Shown: in pieces, positions 61,351-64,000 of the stretch
Layout of the letters: each line of letters starts with the position of its first letter
Position numbering within the stretch: position 1 is the first letter of the stretch
From: Raillietiella orientalis
Taxonomy: Eukaryota
Assembly: GCA_036172245.1 (NCBI GenBank)
Contig: JAYWIR010000005.1
Location: forward strand, 744,001-808,000
Length of the DNA stretch: 64,000 nucleotides
Reading direction: 5' to 3'
The notes under the pieces: generated by a model
What the model saw: only the letters and a program-made list of their open reading frames with translations
The model's database searches: none
What the model was told of the DNA's origin: nothing
Position numbers and translations under genes: made by a program

Positions 61351-62399
61351 GTCCCGTCGGAAATGCTTGCGTCTTCTCCCGCTGAGCAAAACTGCGAGCA
61401 GGGCAGGATTCGCGTACACGCGGGGCCTCTGCTGTCGCCAGGGCCGCCGCCGTCCCGAGGCAGCTTGCGCCGCAACAGTGGAAGCCACACGGCCCGCTTC
61501 GGCTGTCGGAGAAGGACGGGGTCCTCGGTGCCAGAGAGTAGCACGGTGGAATTTTTCGGCTCGGGTTTTCCCGGTTGGCTCCCGTCCTTCCCGTGGAGCC
61601 AAGAGCCACTTTTCGTACCGGCGCTCTATCGGTCGGTAGAGCCCCGTGCTCACGGCTCAGCGAGCCTGGCGACGGAGTTCCCAGGCAGGGAAACTTTCCC
61701 GGAAATCCCATTTTGGGAACTCCGCGGTAGGACGCGCGAAGCCTCCACGCCTCGCCCGGGAAGTGCTCGGCGCACATCCAGGAGGGCAGTAGCCATCCTG
61801 GCCCGCCTTGGGGCGAGAGTGGATCGCAGATGGTGCCGCTCCTCAGCCACTGCGCGAAGCCCCTCCCCTCCGGGTGAAAGCGCAAGACCTTCGACCTCTC
61901 ACGGGTGACCCCCCCTGTTGGTTTTCCTTGGCACTGCGGTCGAACGGGAGTTCGAAAATTCCCAGATGGCGAGCAGCTTTCCTCCGCACTCGAGCGAACG
62001 CAGGGGGAAAGTGCGCGTCCCCGTCTCTCAGGGCAACGGAGGAGGGATGGGGGGGAACTCCGAGGCATTTGCAGCGGAGCGCGCCGCCGCAGCGAGGCGG
62101 GGTGGTTTCTTGGATAGCGGCCAGAGGGCCAGAGCGCGCGCGAGTCACGAGGGATTCTGGATCTGCGCAGGCCACTCCTGGGCTCCGGCTAGGCCACACC
62201 TCTGAGCCCGGGCGGACTCCTTCGCTCCGGCGGCGGTCCGCAGCCGCCCGAGTTTTCGGAGAAGACCGTTTGCGGTTACTCTCTCGTCCTCGGTCTCTGG
62301 ACGCCACCGGCGACGAGGACACGCTCCTGCTGGTGCCAAGAAGCCCATGAGAGAGTGACGAAGGACGGCATCCCGTTGCCGCGGCGACGTGAGCGAGCG

Positions 62400-63500
62400 G
62401 AGTTTCTTCCTTGGTTCCGCCGCTTCCCGCCAGGGACGATGGGGAGGAATGTTGGGAGGTCGTCCTCCTCCCTGCAGCTCAGCGCCGGTCAAGGAGTGGC
62501 ACAGAAGCATCTCCGCCCCCATCCTCGCATCGCCATCCAGTTCGGAGCGGCACTGTCCCTCCCGGGGGATGGCTCCGCACCCCTTCCCGGCCTCTCGGGA
62601 GTTCCCGGCTTACTTTAGGGAGCTGCCCGGCAGATCCCTGAATTCCTCCGGGGAAGAAAGGAGGGGGAGAGGTGCGGCGGAAGGACGCCCGGGGCAACCG
62701 TCTCCCCTACGTCGTCGTTACGGCCCCGTCCCGTGAGCTGCGGGACGAGGGGAACCGGCGCGCGCGCGCGCCCACAGAACGCCCGTCGTCCGTGGCGGAA
62801 ACTGCGCTCATGCTCGCTGCCGCCCTCGGCTGTCTGCGGGGAGGCTGAGGGACGAGGCGTGGGGGATTTTCGGACGCATCTGTACCCTCCCCCCATCCCC
62901 GCACGGATCACAGTCCGAGGGGGAAAGCGCGGAGGGGGGGCTGCCATTCGCGGGGGCGAGACGGACAGACGAGCGGTCACAGAACAGGCCGCGTGATTCG
63001 AAGCCGGACGCTGCCCCGTCACCGCGGGAGACCTCTCGGGGGAGGATGAAAAGGGGAAGCGGAAATTTCCTTTGACATCTCAAGAAGGCGACGGACGATC
63101 TCCGCTCCCGACTGTTCAGCATCGACGATGCGATCTTCAGGAGAGCTGAGAGGAGCGCCCTTTCCTCTCCCCCTTTGCTCGCATCCGGCCAGAGAGTCAG
63201 CGGCTGCCCGGTGAAGCGAGCGTTGCCGTCTCCAAGCGACGAGTCCCGGGGGCTTGCCGCCGCGGGCCACTGTCTCATCCTCGAACCCAGGAGCTATCTG
63301 ACCCTACTCCACCCGCTCCTTCCCTTCTGGAGGGAACAACCTCGGTGGGGCGCAATTCTTTTTCCCTCCCTTCCCTCCCTCTCCCCGAGATGGACTCGTC
63401 CGCGCACATGCGTGGGAGGTCCGTCGCAGCCGCCACCGCTCTCGCCTCGTGTGGCAAAGGGGCAGGGGCCTCCCCGTCCCCCTACTTCATCCTGAGCGCC
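62400..63500 (-). mobile_element. Decayed non-LTR reverse transcriptase fragment
   Basis: GESGGGCDGPP (cf. KSPG.DGLP), LTLWP..RALLSALLKIASSMLNSR (cf. ITLIPK..RPI.LL..KI.SK.L..R) and DGRSVG..RFPSSRSSRDG (cf. NG..F.I.RGVRQG), in correct order. Confidence 0.5.
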
Positions 63501-64000
63501 GTCCTGCCGGGTGGGAGGCGAGCCCCAGCCCTTCCGAGGGAGGGAGAGGGAGGAGAAGGACGCGCTTGGAGGGGGACCTTCTGGAGAGACCGACCCCACC
63601 CCGAGTCAATGCCCGACGCCGCTTCCCGCCAGAGGGCAGAGGAGGGTCCGGGGGAGACCGCATGGGGACGACAGAGTCCCGGAAGAAGAAGACGCAGGCC
63701 TCCTGTCACCCCTAGTTACCGGAAGGAAGGTTTCGACGGAACGGCCGACTGACACTCTCCGCGGTGGTTGAGCAGCTCTCGTGGGGTCACGCCCCGGCGA
63801 GAAGGCGCCGATCCCGGGTCGTGGCATGAGAGGCGCGAGTGAGAGAAACGTCTCTCTTTCTTGGTTCCCATCCACTTCCTTCTCGTTACCTGGAGACGAG
63901 GAACTTTTTCCACTGCTTCCTTCTGTGCATCGCGGGGCGAAGGCGGCTGCAGGAATGGGAACGCTCGGGAGCGCGGCAGGAGTTCCCGAAACGCGCGCCT

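Overview
Eukaryotic genomic DNA, probably a metazoan invertebrate (arthropod-like protein sequences; this is inference), with spliceosomal GT-AG introns, many only 45-75 nt. I reconstructed five host genes by hand: a BRI3-family gene (+, about 12.2-13.0 kb, first exon not found), a CNNM/unextended Mg2+ transporter (+, 22.0-33.1 kb) with an apparent tandem pair of extracellular domains, a DUSP19-like phosphatase (-, 38.8-39.5 kb), the MINDY3/FAM188A deubiquitinase (-, 39.7-46.7 kb) and COP9 signalosome subunit 7 (-, 54.5-58.1 kb). Much of the intergenic space is frameshifted, decayed L1/Tx1-like non-LTR retrotransposon sequence (more than a dozen fragments, at least 3 families). One family keeps a conserved, covarying 3'-UTR hairpin cassette. 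The main leads are: (1) the MINDY3-DUSP junction has no room for a promoter and has an in-frame splice acceptor on the DUSP ATG, suggesting an operon, trans-splicing or a fusion transcript; (2) the structured retrotransposon 3' end; (3) the duplicated CNNM ectodomain; (4) a degenerate HDV-like ribozyme candidate; (5) sharp base-composition domains that cut through genes. I found no CRISPR array, rRNA or convincing tRNA. All motif calls were made by eye without database searches.
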